This document shows positions 29,268 through 39,731 of a stretch of 64,000 bases of DNA, one piece after another; position 1 is the stretch's first letter, and every line of letters starts with the position of its first letter. The DNA lies in contig JAHIOM010000014.1 of assembly GCA_018895235.1 (NCBI GenBank), forward strand, positions 5,203-69,202. Reading direction: 5' to 3'. Source of the stretch: Patescibacteria group bacterium. GTDB lineage: Bacteria > Patescibacteriota > Minisyncoccia > Minisyncoccales > Staskawiczbacteraceae. The position numbers and the translations under genes are program-made. The notes under the pieces were generated by a model. It searched no databases. It saw only the letters and a list, made by a program, of their open reading frames with translations, and was not told where the DNA came from.

Positions 29268-31310
29268 TTAACAACGCACTTCCCATTCTGGGTTTTTCTC
29301 TAATGCTTTTACTATTTTTTGATGTAATTTGTTAATTTCGTTTGATTTCAGGGTTCTGTCTTCTGCTTGATAGATTATATGAAAAGCCAAATTCTTTTTT
29401 CCATCCGGCAAATTTTCGCCTTCGTACATATCAAAAAGATCAATATCTATTACTAATTTCCCGCCTGCCTGTTCCATAATGTTTAAAACATCATCAACCT
29501 TAACGTTTTGAGGCACCAAAATAGCTAAATCCCGAATGGCTGAAGGATATTGGGAAATGGGTCTGTATTCTTGCTCTTCTGAAGCCAGCTTGGATAATTT
29601 TTCAAAATCCAGATCAAAAACAAAAACATTTTCCGGTACTTCTAATTTTTTGCGGATTGTCTGGGTAATTTCGCCCAAAAAGCCGATCTCCTCTTGGCTT
29701 GATTTTATCTCAGCACATTTTTTACGATTCCAAATTGTGTTTTTAGTATCCTCTGGTGTTGCTTTAAACTCGTCATACCAAACATCGGCAACTCCTAATT
29801 TGTTTAATAGGGTCTCAACCACTCCCTTTACCTCATAAAACCCTTCATTCTTTTTATTTTGGATAGTAGAAACCAACCCTGACAGCATTCTTTTTTCTGC
29901 TAATCCTTTTTTAATAAATATCTTCCCCAATTCAAAAATACTGATTTCTTTAAAATTGAGGTCTTGATTCTTTTGGACATTTTTCAACAAGTTGGGAATT
30001 AAAGTGGCTCTTAAATATTTCTGTTCTATATTAGCCGGGTTTTTTATTTCAATCAGTTCTTGGGGATTATAGCCAAAAGATTCGGCCTCTTTGTCGCCAA
30101 AAAATGAATAGTTGTAAACTTCGTTGAAACCGGCTTCTTTTAGAGCATCTTTAGCTTTATTCTCCCAAAAGAGATTAATATTTCTTTTCGGCGGAATTAA
30201 GCTGGAAACCGGAAAAAAGGGCTTAATGGCCTCATAACCATAAACTCTGCCCACTTCTTCTACCAAATCTTCTCCCAAATTAATATCAGCCCTAAAGGTG
30301 GGAATTTCTACTATTAAATCGCTTTTTATTTGTTTTACTTTGAACTCTAAGGATTCTAAAATATCGGTTATTCTTTTAACGGGGATCTCCCTTCCCAGCA
30401 AACTTGAGAAATAGCCTATATTTATTTTAATCTTTCTGGATTTTATTTTTTTAGGATAAATATCAACTACTTGTCTAATCTTTCCCCCGCCCAGCTTATT
30501 AAGAAGGAAATAAGCTCTTTCTAAAGCGGGCTTTGTTAAATTAGGATCTACTCCCTGGGAATAAATATCCGAGGCCTGTGTTTTCTGGTTAAGTTTTTTG
30601 GCGGTAATATAAATACTCCTTCTATCAAAATTAGCAGCCTGTAATATAATGCTCTTTGTTTCGTTAGTTACTTCGCTAACCTTCCCGCCCATAATTCCGG
30701 CCAAATCAATTAATCTTTCCTGGTCTTCAATGATAATGGCACCGTCATCCAGTTTATGGGTTTTTTCGTCCAAAGTTATTACTCTCTCGCCCGCCCTGGC
30801 CATTCTAACCACCATTTTCTTACCGAAGATTTTATCATAATCAAAAGCGTGCAATGGCTGACCAGTTTCCAGCATTATCCAGTTAGTTAAATCAACAATG
30901 TTGTTAATTGACCTAATTCCAACTGCTTCTAAATTGTTCTTTAACCAATCCGGTGATTTTTTTATCTTAATCCCCTCAATCAAAATAGCTGTATAGCGGG
31001 GAATAATAGATGATGATCTGACTTCAATTTTAACAGGTTCTAATCCCCCTTTTTCAACAAGAAGCTTTTCTTGCTCAAGTTTCTTTGGCTTTTTATTCAA
31101 AAGCGCGCCAACTTCCCTGGCCAATCCCTGATAAGAAAAACAATCCTGCGACCTATTCGGTAAAATATCAATATCTAAGATAAAATCATTTCCCTTTTTA
31201 ACCACGCTTTCCACTTCAAAACTATGCATAGTCAAAATATCAGCCAGTTTTTCTGGTTTTGGTAATTTTTCTTTAAAAAATGATTGTAACCAGTTATAAC
31301 TAAATTTCAT
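29268..31310 (-). CDS. pheT: Phenylalanyl-tRNA synthetase beta subunit (short form)
   Basis: INNIVDLTN, GQPLHAFD, DLVEEVGRVYGY, FDX-ACB C-terminus. Confidence 0.95.
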   Translation of the reverse strand: MKFSYNWLQSFFKEKLPKPEKLADILTMHSFEVESVVKKGNDFILDIDILPNRSQDCFSYQGLAREVGALLNKKPKKLEQEKLLVEKGGLEPVKIEVRSSSIIPRYTAILIEGIKIKKSPDWLKNNLEAVGIRSINNIVDLTNWIMLETGQPLHAFDYDKIFGKKMVVRMARAGERVITLDEKTHKLDDGAIIIEDQERLIDLAGIMGGKVSEVTNETKSIILQAANFDRRSIYITAKKLNQKTQASDIYSQGVDPNLTKPALERAYFLLNKLGGGKIRQVVDIYPKKIKSRKIKINIGYFSSLLGREIPVKRITDILESLEFKVKQIKSDLIVEIPTFRADINLGEDLVEEVGRVYGYEAIKPFFPVSSLIPPKRNINLFWENKAKDALKEAGFNEVYNYSFFGDKEAESFGYNPQELIEIKNPANIEQKYLRATLIPNLLKNVQKNQDLNFKEISIFELGKIFIKKGLAEKRMLSGLVSTIQNKKNEGFYEVKGVVETLLNKLGVADVWYDEFKATPEDTKNTIWNRKKCAEIKSSQEEIGFLGEITQTIRKKLEVPENVFVFDLDFEKLSKLASEEQEYRPISQYPSAIRDLAILVPQNVKVDDVLNIMEQAGGKLVIDIDLFDMYEGENLPDGKKNLAFHIIYQAEDRTLKSNEINKLHQKIVKALEKNPEWEVRC

Positions 31311-31311
31311 A

Positions 31312-32325
31312 TTAGAACTGTTCTAGAAATCTTAAATCGCCGGAATAAAATAACCTGATATCGTTTATTTTATACTTCATCATTGCCAACCTATCTAACC
31401 CGATGCCAAAAGCAAAGCCCTGCCACTCTTTAGAATTTATCGCGCAGGCATTATACACATTAGGATGAACCATGCCAGCGCCCATTATTTCCAGCCAGCC
31501 GGTTTTCTTACAAACGCTGCATCCTAATCCCCCACAAGTTAAACAACTCATATCAACCTCAAATCCCGGCTCAACAAAAGGAAAATATGAAGGCCTTAAG
31601 CGCACTTTCACTTCTTTGCCAAAAAACCTGGAAAAGAATTCTTGGATAATCGCTATGAAATTAGCAACGCTTATTGTTTTTCCCACCATTAGACCTTCCA
31701 AATGGTAAAATTGAACATCATGAGAAGCGTCAGTGGCCTCGTACCTAAAAACTCGGCCAGGCGCAATAATTCTTAGAGGTGGGTTATTTTTCTCCATATA
31801 GTGAATCTGTACAGGACTGGTGTGAGTTCTTAAAAGCATTTTTCCGTCTTTCAACCAAAAAGTATCCCATAAATCACGCGCCGGATGATCGGGCGGAACA
31901 TTAAGGGCATCAAAGTTGTAAAACTCATTTTCAATTTCCGGACCCTCAACAACGGTAAAACCCATTTCTTGAAAAATCTCTATCGCTTTTCTAATGGTTA
32001 CTGTTAAAGGGTGTAAGTGCCCTAAGGATAATTTCTTGCCCGGTGCTGTAACATCCAACCATTCCTTGCCTGGAACTACTTTGGTAAAAATAGCTTTTTT
32101 TCCTTCTATTGATTTCTCAATAAATCTTTTGAGATTGTTTAAATCTTTCCCGAATTTAGCCCTTACTTCTTTTGACATATCTTTTATCAAATTAAAGGCC
32201 TGTGTTATTTCACCTTTTTTGCCAAAATAGGAACGAAAAACCCCGTCCAAATCCTTTAGATTTTTGGCGGATTTTAAGCTTTTTTGAGCCTCAATTTTCA
32301 GCTTTTTCAGGTCAATTTTAAGCAT
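31312..32325 (-). CDS. pheS: Phenylalanyl-tRNA synthetase alpha subunit
   Basis: GHLHP, HPARD, LLRTHTS, RPSYFPFVEP, GFAFGIG. Confidence 0.97.
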   Translation of the reverse strand: MLKIDLKKLKIEAQKSLKSAKNLKDLDGVFRSYFGKKGEITQAFNLIKDMSKEVRAKFGKDLNNLKRFIEKSIEGKKAIFTKVVPGKEWLDVTAPGKKLSLGHLHPLTVTIRKAIEIFQEMGFTVVEGPEIENEFYNFDALNVPPDHPARDLWDTFWLKDGKMLLRTHTSPVQIHYMEKNNPPLRIIAPGRVFRYEATDASHDVQFYHLEGLMVGKTISVANFIAIIQEFFSRFFGKEVKVRLRPSYFPFVEPGFEVDMSCLTCGGLGCSVCKKTGWLEIMGAGMVHPNVYNACAINSKEWQGFAFGIGLDRLAMMKYKINDIRLFYSGDLRFLEQF

Positions 32326-32553
32326 ATCAATATTCTCTAATTTTACCTTAAAAATCAGTCAAAAACAAGCCCTTCACCTTTGATTAAAGGTGAAGGGCAA
32401 GGGGTAAACTATTGTGGACAACAGTTTATCCTGAACCGTGCCAGTTGTTTTTAATTAAAGTATATGGTAATATTATATAAGAGACGATATTAATAATTAA
32501 TTTTTTGACATGGCTCAAGGTTAATACCAAGACCAAGTCAATATATTAAAATT

Positions 32554-32811
32554 ATGCCAAGAAAAGCAAACGCGGCTTTTATGAAGCCGCTAAAACTCAC
32601 TGCTGATTTGGAAGCAGTGGTAGGAAATGGTCCTATGCCCCGATCCCAAGTTGTAAAAAAACTCTGGGCTTATATCAAAAAGAATGACTTGCAGGACAGC
32701 AAAAACAGAAGGAACATTAACGCTGATGCTAAATTAAAAATAGTTTTCGGCGGAAAAGGTACAGTGGATATGTTTGAAATGACAAAGCTGGTTTCAAAGC
32801 ATCTGTCCTAG
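32554..32811 (+). CDS. SWIB/MDM2 domain protein
   Basis: MPRSQVVKKLWAYIKKNDLQD...MFEMTKLVSKHL. Confidence 0.93.
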   Translation: MPRKANAAFMKPLKLTADLEAVVGNGPMPRSQVVKKLWAYIKKNDLQDSKNRRNINADAKLKIVFGGKGTVDMFEMTKLVSKHLS

Positions 32812-32825
32812 TTAAGCTATATACG

Positions 32826-32862
32826 AAACAAAAAACACGATTAAACTCGTGTTTTTTGTTTT
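32826..32862. terminator. Bidirectional terminator at the left boundary of the cassette array
   Basis: aaacaaaaaacacga-ttaaac-tcgtgttttttgttt, directly abutting the first GCGCGGG core. Confidence 0.8.
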
Positions 32863-32864
32863 CA

Positions 32865-32945
32865 GCGCGGGTAGTGAACAATGCCAGAACTGCCATAAAG
32901 TGTAATCAGGAACATATTTACATACCAGACCTAAAACCCAATACC
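32865..32945 (+). repeat. Cassette junction 1 (core + family-B tail, degenerate)
   Basis: gcgcgggtagtgaacaatgccagaact...catatttacataccagaccta; frame reads VNNARTAI...HIYIPDL. Confidence 0.7.
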
Positions 32946-32946
32946 A

Positions 32947-33483
32947 TTATTTTACCTTAACCAAAGGAATTGCTAACTTGTGTTTACTAATATAAAAATT
33001 GAGCGTCCTCATAAATCCTATGGTATATTTTTCTGGAATTTTTCCCATTTCTTCTGCTATATCATTAAGACTCATAGGAATTATTTTTTTAACCTCATCT
33101 TCGGCGATAACTATTTGTTTTATATCCTTGTCTGTTAATTTAACTTCGTAAAGCCCAAAATAGTGGTCAATCTTTAATTTTCTATTGGGCACTATTTCAT
33201 CTCCATAGAAGACACCAACTCTTTTAAGCTCTTTAACAATTCCCAATTCTTCTTTTGATTCTCTCATCGCGGCTTCATTATAAGACTCTCCCTGCTTAAT
33301 ATGGCCGCCAACTGAATGGTCAAGCAAATCATCTTTTTTTCTAAGTTGAACTAATAATTGATTGTCTGGATTAAATACAAAAATTGCTGCAACTCGGTGG
33401 ATATATCCATTCTCGTGTGCTTCGGCCTTATTGGTTGTTCCTATAATTTTGTCATTTATATCAACTTTATCTATTAGTTCCAT
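32947..33483 (-). CDS. NUDIX hydrolase (IDI-like)
   Basis: HRVAAIFV, GGHIKQGESYNEAAMRESKEELG. Confidence 0.9.
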   Translation of the reverse strand: MELIDKVDINDKIIGTTNKAEAHENGYIHRVAAIFVFNPDNQLLVQLRKKDDLLDHSVGGHIKQGESYNEAAMRESKEELGIVKELKRVGVFYGDEIVPNRKLKIDHYFGLYEVKLTDKDIKQIVIAEDEVKKIIPMSLNDIAEEMGKIPEKYTIGFMRTLNFYISKHKLAIPLVKVK

Positions 33484-33516
33484 AAATTTAATTAATTTTA
33501 ATTAATCAAGCATGTC

Positions 33517-33635
33517 AAAAAACCACCCCAATTAAAAGGTGGTTTCTGAAAATGCGCGGGCAGTGGGACGCAGTTCGAACTTGGTTTTAGGAGAATTTCC
33601 CCGTGGTAGAACCGATCATTGTTTTGAAATAAAAA
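33517..33635 (+). repeat. Cassette junction 2 (hairpin arm + core + family-C tail)
   Basis: aaaaaaccaccccaattaaaaggtggtttc...tgcgcgggcagtgggacgcagttcgaacttgg. Confidence 0.85.
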
Positions 33636-33664
33636 TTCCTTCATATTTTACCTAGTGAAAAATT

Positions 33665-34924
33665 TTACTCGCAGCTTTTTCCGGCGGTATATCCGGTGCT
33701 CCAACACATTTGTAAATTGAAGCCACCAGTTTTGCCATCAACATCAATAATCTCACCTGCAAAAAATAAGTTATCGATTATTTTAGATTTCATCGTGTTG
33801 TGGTCTATCTCTTTTAAAGATACTCCTCCTCTTGTAACTATGGCTTGGTCAAAACCCAAAATATCTTCTGCTGTAACTTCAATATTTTTTAAAATTTTTA
33901 CTATTGTTGCCCTTTTAATTTTCGAAATATTATTGGCTATTTCAGTTTTATCTATGGTCGCAATATCTAATAGAACTTCTGCCAATCTTTCGGGCACAAA
34001 AATCGATAATATATTTTTAGCTGTTTTGTTTGGATATTTCCTTAAAATATCTTCAAGCTCCTTTAAAAGCTCTTCTTGATCCAGTAAAGGAAAAAGATCG
34101 ATACATATCTTTATTTCTCCCTTTTCTAATAAATCTCCCACTTTACCACTGATATTTAAAACAGCAGGCCCACTCATACCAAAATGAGTGAACAAAATTT
34201 CTCCTTCTTCTTGAAGCTGTTTTTTCCTATTTTGAAACACGGTTATCTTAATATCTTTTAAACTTATTCCCTGTAAATTCTTGACCCATCCCTCTTTTAT
34301 TATTATCGGAGACAAAGCAGGTCTTGGTTTCACAATGGTGTGTCCCATTTTTTCAGCTAATTTATAGCCGAAACCATCGGAACCAATCAAAGGATAAGAC
34401 TTTCCTCCGGTGCAAAGGACATACTTTTTTGCCTTGATTTCTTTGTCCTTCAAAATTATCTTGATTATTTTTTTATCTTTACAACTAACACCCACAACTT
34501 CGGAAGCGAAAAACATTTTTATTTTTTTATCTGACAAATAGTCGGTTAACGCTTCCAAAACTTCTTCTGCATCGTCGCTTCTTGGGAAAACTCTTTTGTC
34601 TTTTTCGGTTTTAGTTTTTACCTCTAATCCCTCAAAAAAATCAATCACTTCCTTCGGTCCAAAAACAGAGAAAGCGTGGAAAAGGAACCCTCCATTATTA
34701 TAATTTTTTACCAATTCCTTTAAATTAAATTCTGAATTGGTTAAGTTACATCTTCCGTTCCCCGTTAAGAGTAATTTTTTACCAAGCGCAGAATTTTTTT
34801 CTATTAAAACAACACTCAATCCTTGACGCGCTGCTGCACAAGCTGCCATTATTCCAGCAGGACCAGCCCCGATAACAGCAACATCAAAGTCGTATTTTTT
34901 AGTATCTTTTTTTTGCATAGCCAA
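33665..34924 (-). CDS. HI0933/YhiN-family flavoprotein
   Basis: GAGPAG, GKKLLLTGNGRCNLTN, TGGKSYP, LFTHFG, GGFNLQ. Confidence 0.92.
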   Translation of the reverse strand: MAMQKKDTKKYDFDVAVIGAGPAGIMAACAAARQGLSVVLIEKNSALGKKLLLTGNGRCNLTNSEFNLKELVKNYNNGGFLFHAFSVFGPKEVIDFFEGLEVKTKTEKDKRVFPRSDDAEEVLEALTDYLSDKKIKMFFASEVVGVSCKDKKIIKIILKDKEIKAKKYVLCTGGKSYPLIGSDGFGYKLAEKMGHTIVKPRPALSPIIIKEGWVKNLQGISLKDIKITVFQNRKKQLQEEGEILFTHFGMSGPAVLNISGKVGDLLEKGEIKICIDLFPLLDQEELLKELEDILRKYPNKTAKNILSIFVPERLAEVLLDIATIDKTEIANNISKIKRATIVKILKNIEVTAEDILGFDQAIVTRGGVSLKEIDHNTMKSKIIDNLFFAGEIIDVDGKTGGFNLQMCWSTGYTAGKSCE

Positions 34925-36179
34925 AACGACCCGATGACCCGCCTGCGCGGGCAGGTCTATTTCTATGTGAAGAATAATTACTTCTACTAGGATTATTAAA
35001 ATTATTAGACGGCTGATTTAAATTAGGAGGAAAATCGGGTAATTTTGAAATAGGTAAATAAAGCCTTGTTAATCTTTCGATTTCCCTGACCTTAGATCCC
35101 TGGTCTGGCAAACAAAAAGAAATAGCTTTTCCTGCCATGCCGGCTCTACCGGTTCTTCCAATACGATGGACATAATCTTCTGGATTTTCAGGAAGATCAA
35201 AGTTGATAACCAATTCAATACCCTTTACGTCTATACCGCGCGAAGCGATGTCGGTTGCCACAAGCACCCTATATTTTCCGAGTTTGAATCCCTCCAGCGC
35301 TTCTTTCCTCTGGCCCAGTGATCTATTTGAATGTATTTCTGCCGCGGAAATTCCGATATTGCGCAACGTATTACAAATTTTTCTGGCATTATGTTTAATT
35401 CTTAAAAAGATTAAAACGCTTCCTTTGTATTCTTGAAGCAATTTTCCTAATAATGGAAATTTTTGGTCTTTTTTGACAACAAATAATTCGTGCTCAACAT
35501 TTTCAGCAGTAGTTCCAGTCCTATCTATTTCTACTCTGACAGGAAGCTTCATATGGTTACTAGCAATTTTTACAATGCCGTCTGGCATTGTTGCTGAAAA
35601 CAGCATCGTTTGTCTGTTTTTGGGAACCACTTGCAGTATTTTGTTTATCTGCGGAGCAAAACCCATATCAAACATTCTGTCGGCTTCATCTAAAACTAAA
35701 ATTGTAACATCACGCAAGTTTAAAGTTCTTTGTTGGATATGATCATTAATTCTTCCCGGAGTGCCGATAATAACATGGGGATTATAAGAAATTTCTCTTA
35801 TTTGCGCCCGCATGGGAGATCCGCCGATTAACACTGCTGTTTTTATACCAAAATCTCTGCCTATTTTTTGTATAGATTCATTTATCTGCAAAGCTAGCTC
35901 GCGAGTTGGCAATATAATTAATCCTTTTCTTTTTCCGTCTTTTAAAATCTGCTGAACCAAGGGAATACCAAAAGCTAAAGTTTTGCCCGTTCCTGTTTGA
36001 GCTATACCAATAATATCCTTGCCTTCGACGGCTACAGGAATCGCTTTATGCTGTATCGAGGTTGGAGTGTTAAAACCTAATCTTGAAATTACATCCAGAA
36101 GTTTTGGAGCTATGCCAAGACCGCCAAAAGTCATTTCTGTCTCATTTGATAAATGTTTGTTTACTTGCTTCTGTATCAT
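34899..36179 (-). CDS. DEAD-box RNA helicase (RhlE-like)
   Basis: AQTGTGKT, PTRELA, DEAD, SAT, HRIGRTGRAG. Confidence 0.95.
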   Translation of the reverse strand: MIQKQVNKHLSNETEMTFGGLGIAPKLLDVISRLGFNTPTSIQHKAIPVAVEGKDIIGIAQTGTGKTLAFGIPLVQQILKDGKRKGLIILPTRELALQINESIQKIGRDFGIKTAVLIGGSPMRAQIREISYNPHVIIGTPGRINDHIQQRTLNLRDVTILVLDEADRMFDMGFAPQINKILQVVPKNRQTMLFSATMPDGIVKIASNHMKLPVRVEIDRTGTTAENVEHELFVVKKDQKFPLLGKLLQEYKGSVLIFLRIKHNARKICNTLRNIGISAAEIHSNRSLGQRKEALEGFKLGKYRVLVATDIASRGIDVKGIELVINFDLPENPEDYVHRIGRTGRAGMAGKAISFCLPDQGSKVREIERLTRLYLPISKLPDFPPNLNQPSNNFNNPSRSNYSSHRNRPARAGGSSGRFGYAKKRY

Positions 36180-36274
36180 AAAAAAATATGTAGCCAACTT
36201 TTATTCCAAAGGCCACATATTAACTATACATCATAATAGTAGAAATGTCAAACAAAACACCCTCTTAATTTCTG

Positions 36275-37732
36275 TTATAACGCTCCTAAATCCAGTGCGA
36301 AATCCACTCTTATCTTCTCTACAAAATCTTGAGCATGACTTACCAATATTATAGCACCGTCGAAATTATTTATTGCTTTTGCAATTACTGGGATATGACG
36401 GAAATTAATGTGATTTGTGGGTTCATCTAAAATAAGTAATCCCGGTTTTTCTAATGCTATTGTGGCAAAAGCAACTAGCCCTTTTTGGCCTTCGGAAAGC
36501 GATCCAATTTTAGCTTTTAATATCTCTGCATCTAAAAGAAACCCGGCTGCGTGAGCTCGAAGCCCCTGTTCTGTTCCCGCACCGTCTATTGCTTTTGAAA
36601 ACGTTTGATATATAGTTGCGTTAAAATCCAATGTTGAAAAATCTTGCCTATAATATCCGATTTTGACTCCTGCTTTAATATGCTCACCTTTTGCGTGGCC
36701 AGAGGCCAGTTTTTCTAAGAGTGTAGTTTTACCAATTCCGTTTGGCCCAGTTAAAAGTAACCTTTCTCTTTTATTCAAGGTTACATTTACTTTTTTATTT
36801 ATAAATTTATGATTTTTTGCAATTGCGACGGAATCCAATTGTAAAATTACTCCTCCAATATCTTTTTGAGCCGGAATTATAAAGTTTTTTATTGTTTTAT
36901 CTTCTCTCCTTAATTTTACGACCTCGCTTTCTAACTCCTCAATCTTTTTTTTCATTTTTGAAGAAACATCTCTAAGATGTCCTCCTTTTTGAGCAAAAAA
37001 GTTAGCCTGTTCTTTTCTATGAGAAATATCTTTTTCTAGTCGAGCATTTTTCATGCGTTCCCTTTCTAAACGGAGCTTAATTTCTTCGACAACGGTAAAA
37101 TAGTCCCCCGTATATTGCTCAACTTTTTTTGAAAATATATCTAAATATAATACGCCCTGCGTAAAAATATTTAAAAAATCTGCATCGTGGGAAATTACAA
37201 TACAGGTTTTGGGATAATCAATAATAAATTTCGTTAAGTACTCAATGCCCGCTTTATCTAAATTATTTGTAGGCTCATCTAATAAAAGCAGATCCGGATC
37301 CTGTATCAAAGCAGACGCCAAAAGAACCTTTGCCTGCTGACCGCCTGAAAGGTTTTTAATCAATCTGTCATGCGGAATAACAAGATTTACTATTTCTAAA
37401 ACATCGTCAATTTTTCTATCAATATCATATATTTTTCCTGAAAAACAATTTTCAAAAAATTCTTTTACAGTTAACTTCAAATCTTCACGAGGAATTACTT
37501 GCTTAGCTGTAGCTATTGTTAAATCTTTATTTGTATTAACCGCGCCCGAATCGGGTTTTGATTCGCCAGTTATTAATTGGAAGATTGTGCTTTTTCCTGC
37601 GCCATTCTGCCCCATTAATGTAATTTTTGAACCCCTGCGTATAGAAAAATTAGCCTCATTTAAAATTGGCTTGTTTATTCCCCACTCAAAAGAAACATTA
37701 TTAAATTTTACTATTATTTCATCACCCGACAT
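36275..37732 (-). CDS. ABC-F family ATPase
   Basis: Two Walker A motifs (GQNGAGKS, GPNGIGKT), two LDEPTN motifs, no TM segments. Confidence 0.92.
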   Translation of the reverse strand: MSGDEIIVKFNNVSFEWGINKPILNEANFSIRRGSKITLMGQNGAGKSTIFQLITGESKPDSGAVNTNKDLTIATAKQVIPREDLKLTVKEFFENCFSGKIYDIDRKIDDVLEIVNLVIPHDRLIKNLSGGQQAKVLLASALIQDPDLLLLDEPTNNLDKAGIEYLTKFIIDYPKTCIVISHDADFLNIFTQGVLYLDIFSKKVEQYTGDYFTVVEEIKLRLERERMKNARLEKDISHRKEQANFFAQKGGHLRDVSSKMKKKIEELESEVVKLRREDKTIKNFIIPAQKDIGGVILQLDSVAIAKNHKFINKKVNVTLNKRERLLLTGPNGIGKTTLLEKLASGHAKGEHIKAGVKIGYYRQDFSTLDFNATIYQTFSKAIDGAGTEQGLRAHAAGFLLDAEILKAKIGSLSEGQKGLVAFATIALEKPGLLILDEPTNHINFRHIPVIAKAINNFDGAIILVSHAQDFVEKIRVDFALDLGAL

Positions 37733-37775
37733 AATGAATATCTTACTCTATTCTCAGACAAATATCCATCCCACT

Positions 37776-37890
37776 AAAAAAACCACCCCGATTAAAAGGT
37801 GGCTTCCGGGAAAATGCGCGGCATCGTGTACAACGTTAGAACCAGAATACAGAAAAATCAGGAATTTATTTATATCCCGAACTTAAATCT
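37776..37890 (+). repeat. Cassette junction 3 (hairpin arm + core + family-B tail)
   Basis: aaaaaaccaccccgattaaaaggtggcttcc...tgcgcggcatcgtgtacaacgttagaacc. Confidence 0.8.
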
Positions 37891-37910
37891 ACAAACCGAT
37901 TAGTTAAAAT

Positions 37911-38210
37911 TTATTTACAAAACGTTACCCTTAAATCACGCCCGAGCGCCCCTGCTATTTTTTCGAGAATATCTATTGAAAAATTCTGCTGACCCGATTC
38001 CATTCTTGCTATATTACTTTGTTTGGTCCCTATCTTTTTTGCTAATTGCGCTTGAGAGATTTTTTTCTTTTTTCTTAATTTCAAAATCTGATAAGCAATT
38101 TCTAATTGTTTACCGTATTCGTCATAGTATTTTTTGAACTCAGGATTCTTCAGCTGTCTTTTCAAATAAACCTTGAAGTCTTGTGCTTTTTGTATTTTTT
38201 TATTATCCAT
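37911..38210 (-). CDS. XRE-family HTH antitoxin (HigA-like)
   Basis: ISQAQLAKKIGTKQSNIARMESG; downstream of a RelE-like toxin. Confidence 0.88.
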   Translation of the reverse strand: MDNKKIQKAQDFKVYLKRQLKNPEFKKYYDEYGKQLEIAYQILKLRKKKKISQAQLAKKIGTKQSNIARMESGQQNFSIDILEKIAGALGRDLRVTFCK

Positions 38211-38273
38211 AATTATAAGTGAGGAAGAAATGAAAATAAATTTTCATTTCGATCGAACGAGTAATTATATAAA

Positions 38274-38651
38274 CTAGTTTCTATAGATTTTAGGGTTACT
38301 TAATACGTCTTTATAATTTTGTTCTGCTTTTTTAATTTCAACCAACGGCGTTTTAGCTGTTTTCTTTAAAAATGCGTGAAGCAAAATTATATTTTTCCCG
38401 ACGAAAGTAAAATAAAATATTCTGTGTTTTTTTGAAGAAAAATCGACTCTCAATTCTCGAATTTTACCCTTAATATGTTTTGAATATGGTTCGTCTAAAA
38501 CTCCTTTGTTTGTTCTCAAAAATTCTATATATTTAAAAACCTTAGCTTTCTCTTTAATCTCTAAATTATCAATATATTCTAAAACAGGGCTTTTATCGTT
38601 CTTCGATTCTTTATAAAATTTTACTTCATACTCTGTATTATTATATATCAT
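38274..38651 (-). CDS. RelE/ParE (HigB/Gp49-like) toxin
   Basis: EPYSKHI, IRELR, RIFYF, LLHAFLKKTAKTP. Confidence 0.88.
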   Translation of the reverse strand: MIYNNTEYEVKFYKESKNDKSPVLEYIDNLEIKEKAKVFKYIEFLRTNKGVLDEPYSKHIKGKIRELRVDFSSKKHRIFYFTFVGKNIILLHAFLKKTAKTPLVEIKKAEQNYKDVLSNPKIYRN

Positions 38652-38717
38652 ATACGATATATGTATGTCAATACCCTCGCACTAAAACTGACCTTTTATT
38701 TTATCATATCACTAAAT

Positions 38718-38825
38718 CAAAAATCCGAGAATTACCTCGGGAATTTTGCGCGGGCAGTGAGACGCAGTTCGAACTTGGTTTTGGGTGAATTTCCCCGTAG
38801 AACCGGTAATTGTTTTGAAATAAAA
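38718..38825 (+). repeat. Cassette junction 4 (hairpin + core + family-C tail)
   Basis: aaaatccgag...ctcgggaatttt-gcgcgggcagtgagacgcagttcgaacttgg. Confidence 0.85.
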
Positions 38826-38892
38826 AAGAACCCTGCTCACATTAATACAACACAGGACTCTTTTTTTATATTTTAACTTTAAGTTTATTTTA

Positions 38893-39663
38893 TTATTGTT
38901 GCGGTTGGTCTTTTTTCCCGAAAGATTCAAATGCCCTTAAAATCTCAAGGGGCACGGCGAATACTATTGTGTTTGATTGGTCAGAACTTATATCATTAAT
39001 AGACTGAAGAGTCCTTAAGTGCAGTGCTCCTTTTGATTCGGCAAGTACTTTTGCTGCTTTTGACATGTTGTCAGCAGCAATAACTTCTCCTTCTGCCTTT
39101 ATAATCATGGCTCTTTTTTCTCTTTCGGCTTCAGCTTGTTTTCCTATAACTCTTTTCATCTCTTCTGGCAAAACAATGTCTTTTAATTCAACATTCGAAA
39201 CCTTAATCCCCCAAGGGTCAGTGGCGTCATCTATAATTTTTCTTATGTTTTCTGAAACTCTGTCTCTTTGAGAAAGCAAATCATCTAAATCAACTTGGCC
39301 CACGGCGTTTCTCATTGTTGTCTGAGCTAATTGGGAAATAGCATAGTAAAAGTTTTCCACTTCCAGAACCGCTTTGTCGGCATCCTGGACTTTATAATAA
39401 ATAACCGCATTTACGCCAACAGAAATATTGTCTTTTGTAATCGCTTCCTGATTTGGGACGTCCACCGCCTTTACTCTTAAATCTATTTTTCTGTATGATT
39501 GGAAAATCGGCCACACCAGCCTCCAGCCGGGCTCCATTGTGCCGATATATTTTCCCAGCATAAATTTGACTCCTTTTTCATATTGGATTATCTGTTTGAT
39601 TGACATCAGAATAATTGAAACAATTATAAAGATTGCAATATAGAGAAAACTTGTAAAAACTAT
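38893..39663 (-). CDS. SPFH/band-7 (stomatin-like) protein
   Basis: QEAITKDN, AQTTMR, DPWGIKV, QAEAERE; an in-frame TM segment extends upstream of the ATG at 39606 to an ATA at 39663. Confidence 0.9.
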   Translation of the reverse strand: MVFTSFLYIAIFIIVSIILMSIKQIIQYEKGVKFMLGKYIGTMEPGWRLVWPIFQSYRKIDLRVKAVDVPNQEAITKDNISVGVNAVIYYKVQDADKAVLEVENFYYAISQLAQTTMRNAVGQVDLDDLLSQRDRVSENIRKIIDDATDPWGIKVSNVELKDIVLPEEMKRVIGKQAEAEREKRAMIIKAEGEVIAADNMSKAAKVLAESKGALHLRTLQSINDISSDQSNTIVFAVPLEILRAFESFGKKDQPQQ

Positions 39664-39731
39664 ATTTTTAAATTTAATTATTAATATTTACCTTTAATTT
39701 TATCTAATCAGTTTTACATACTTTTGTCAAC

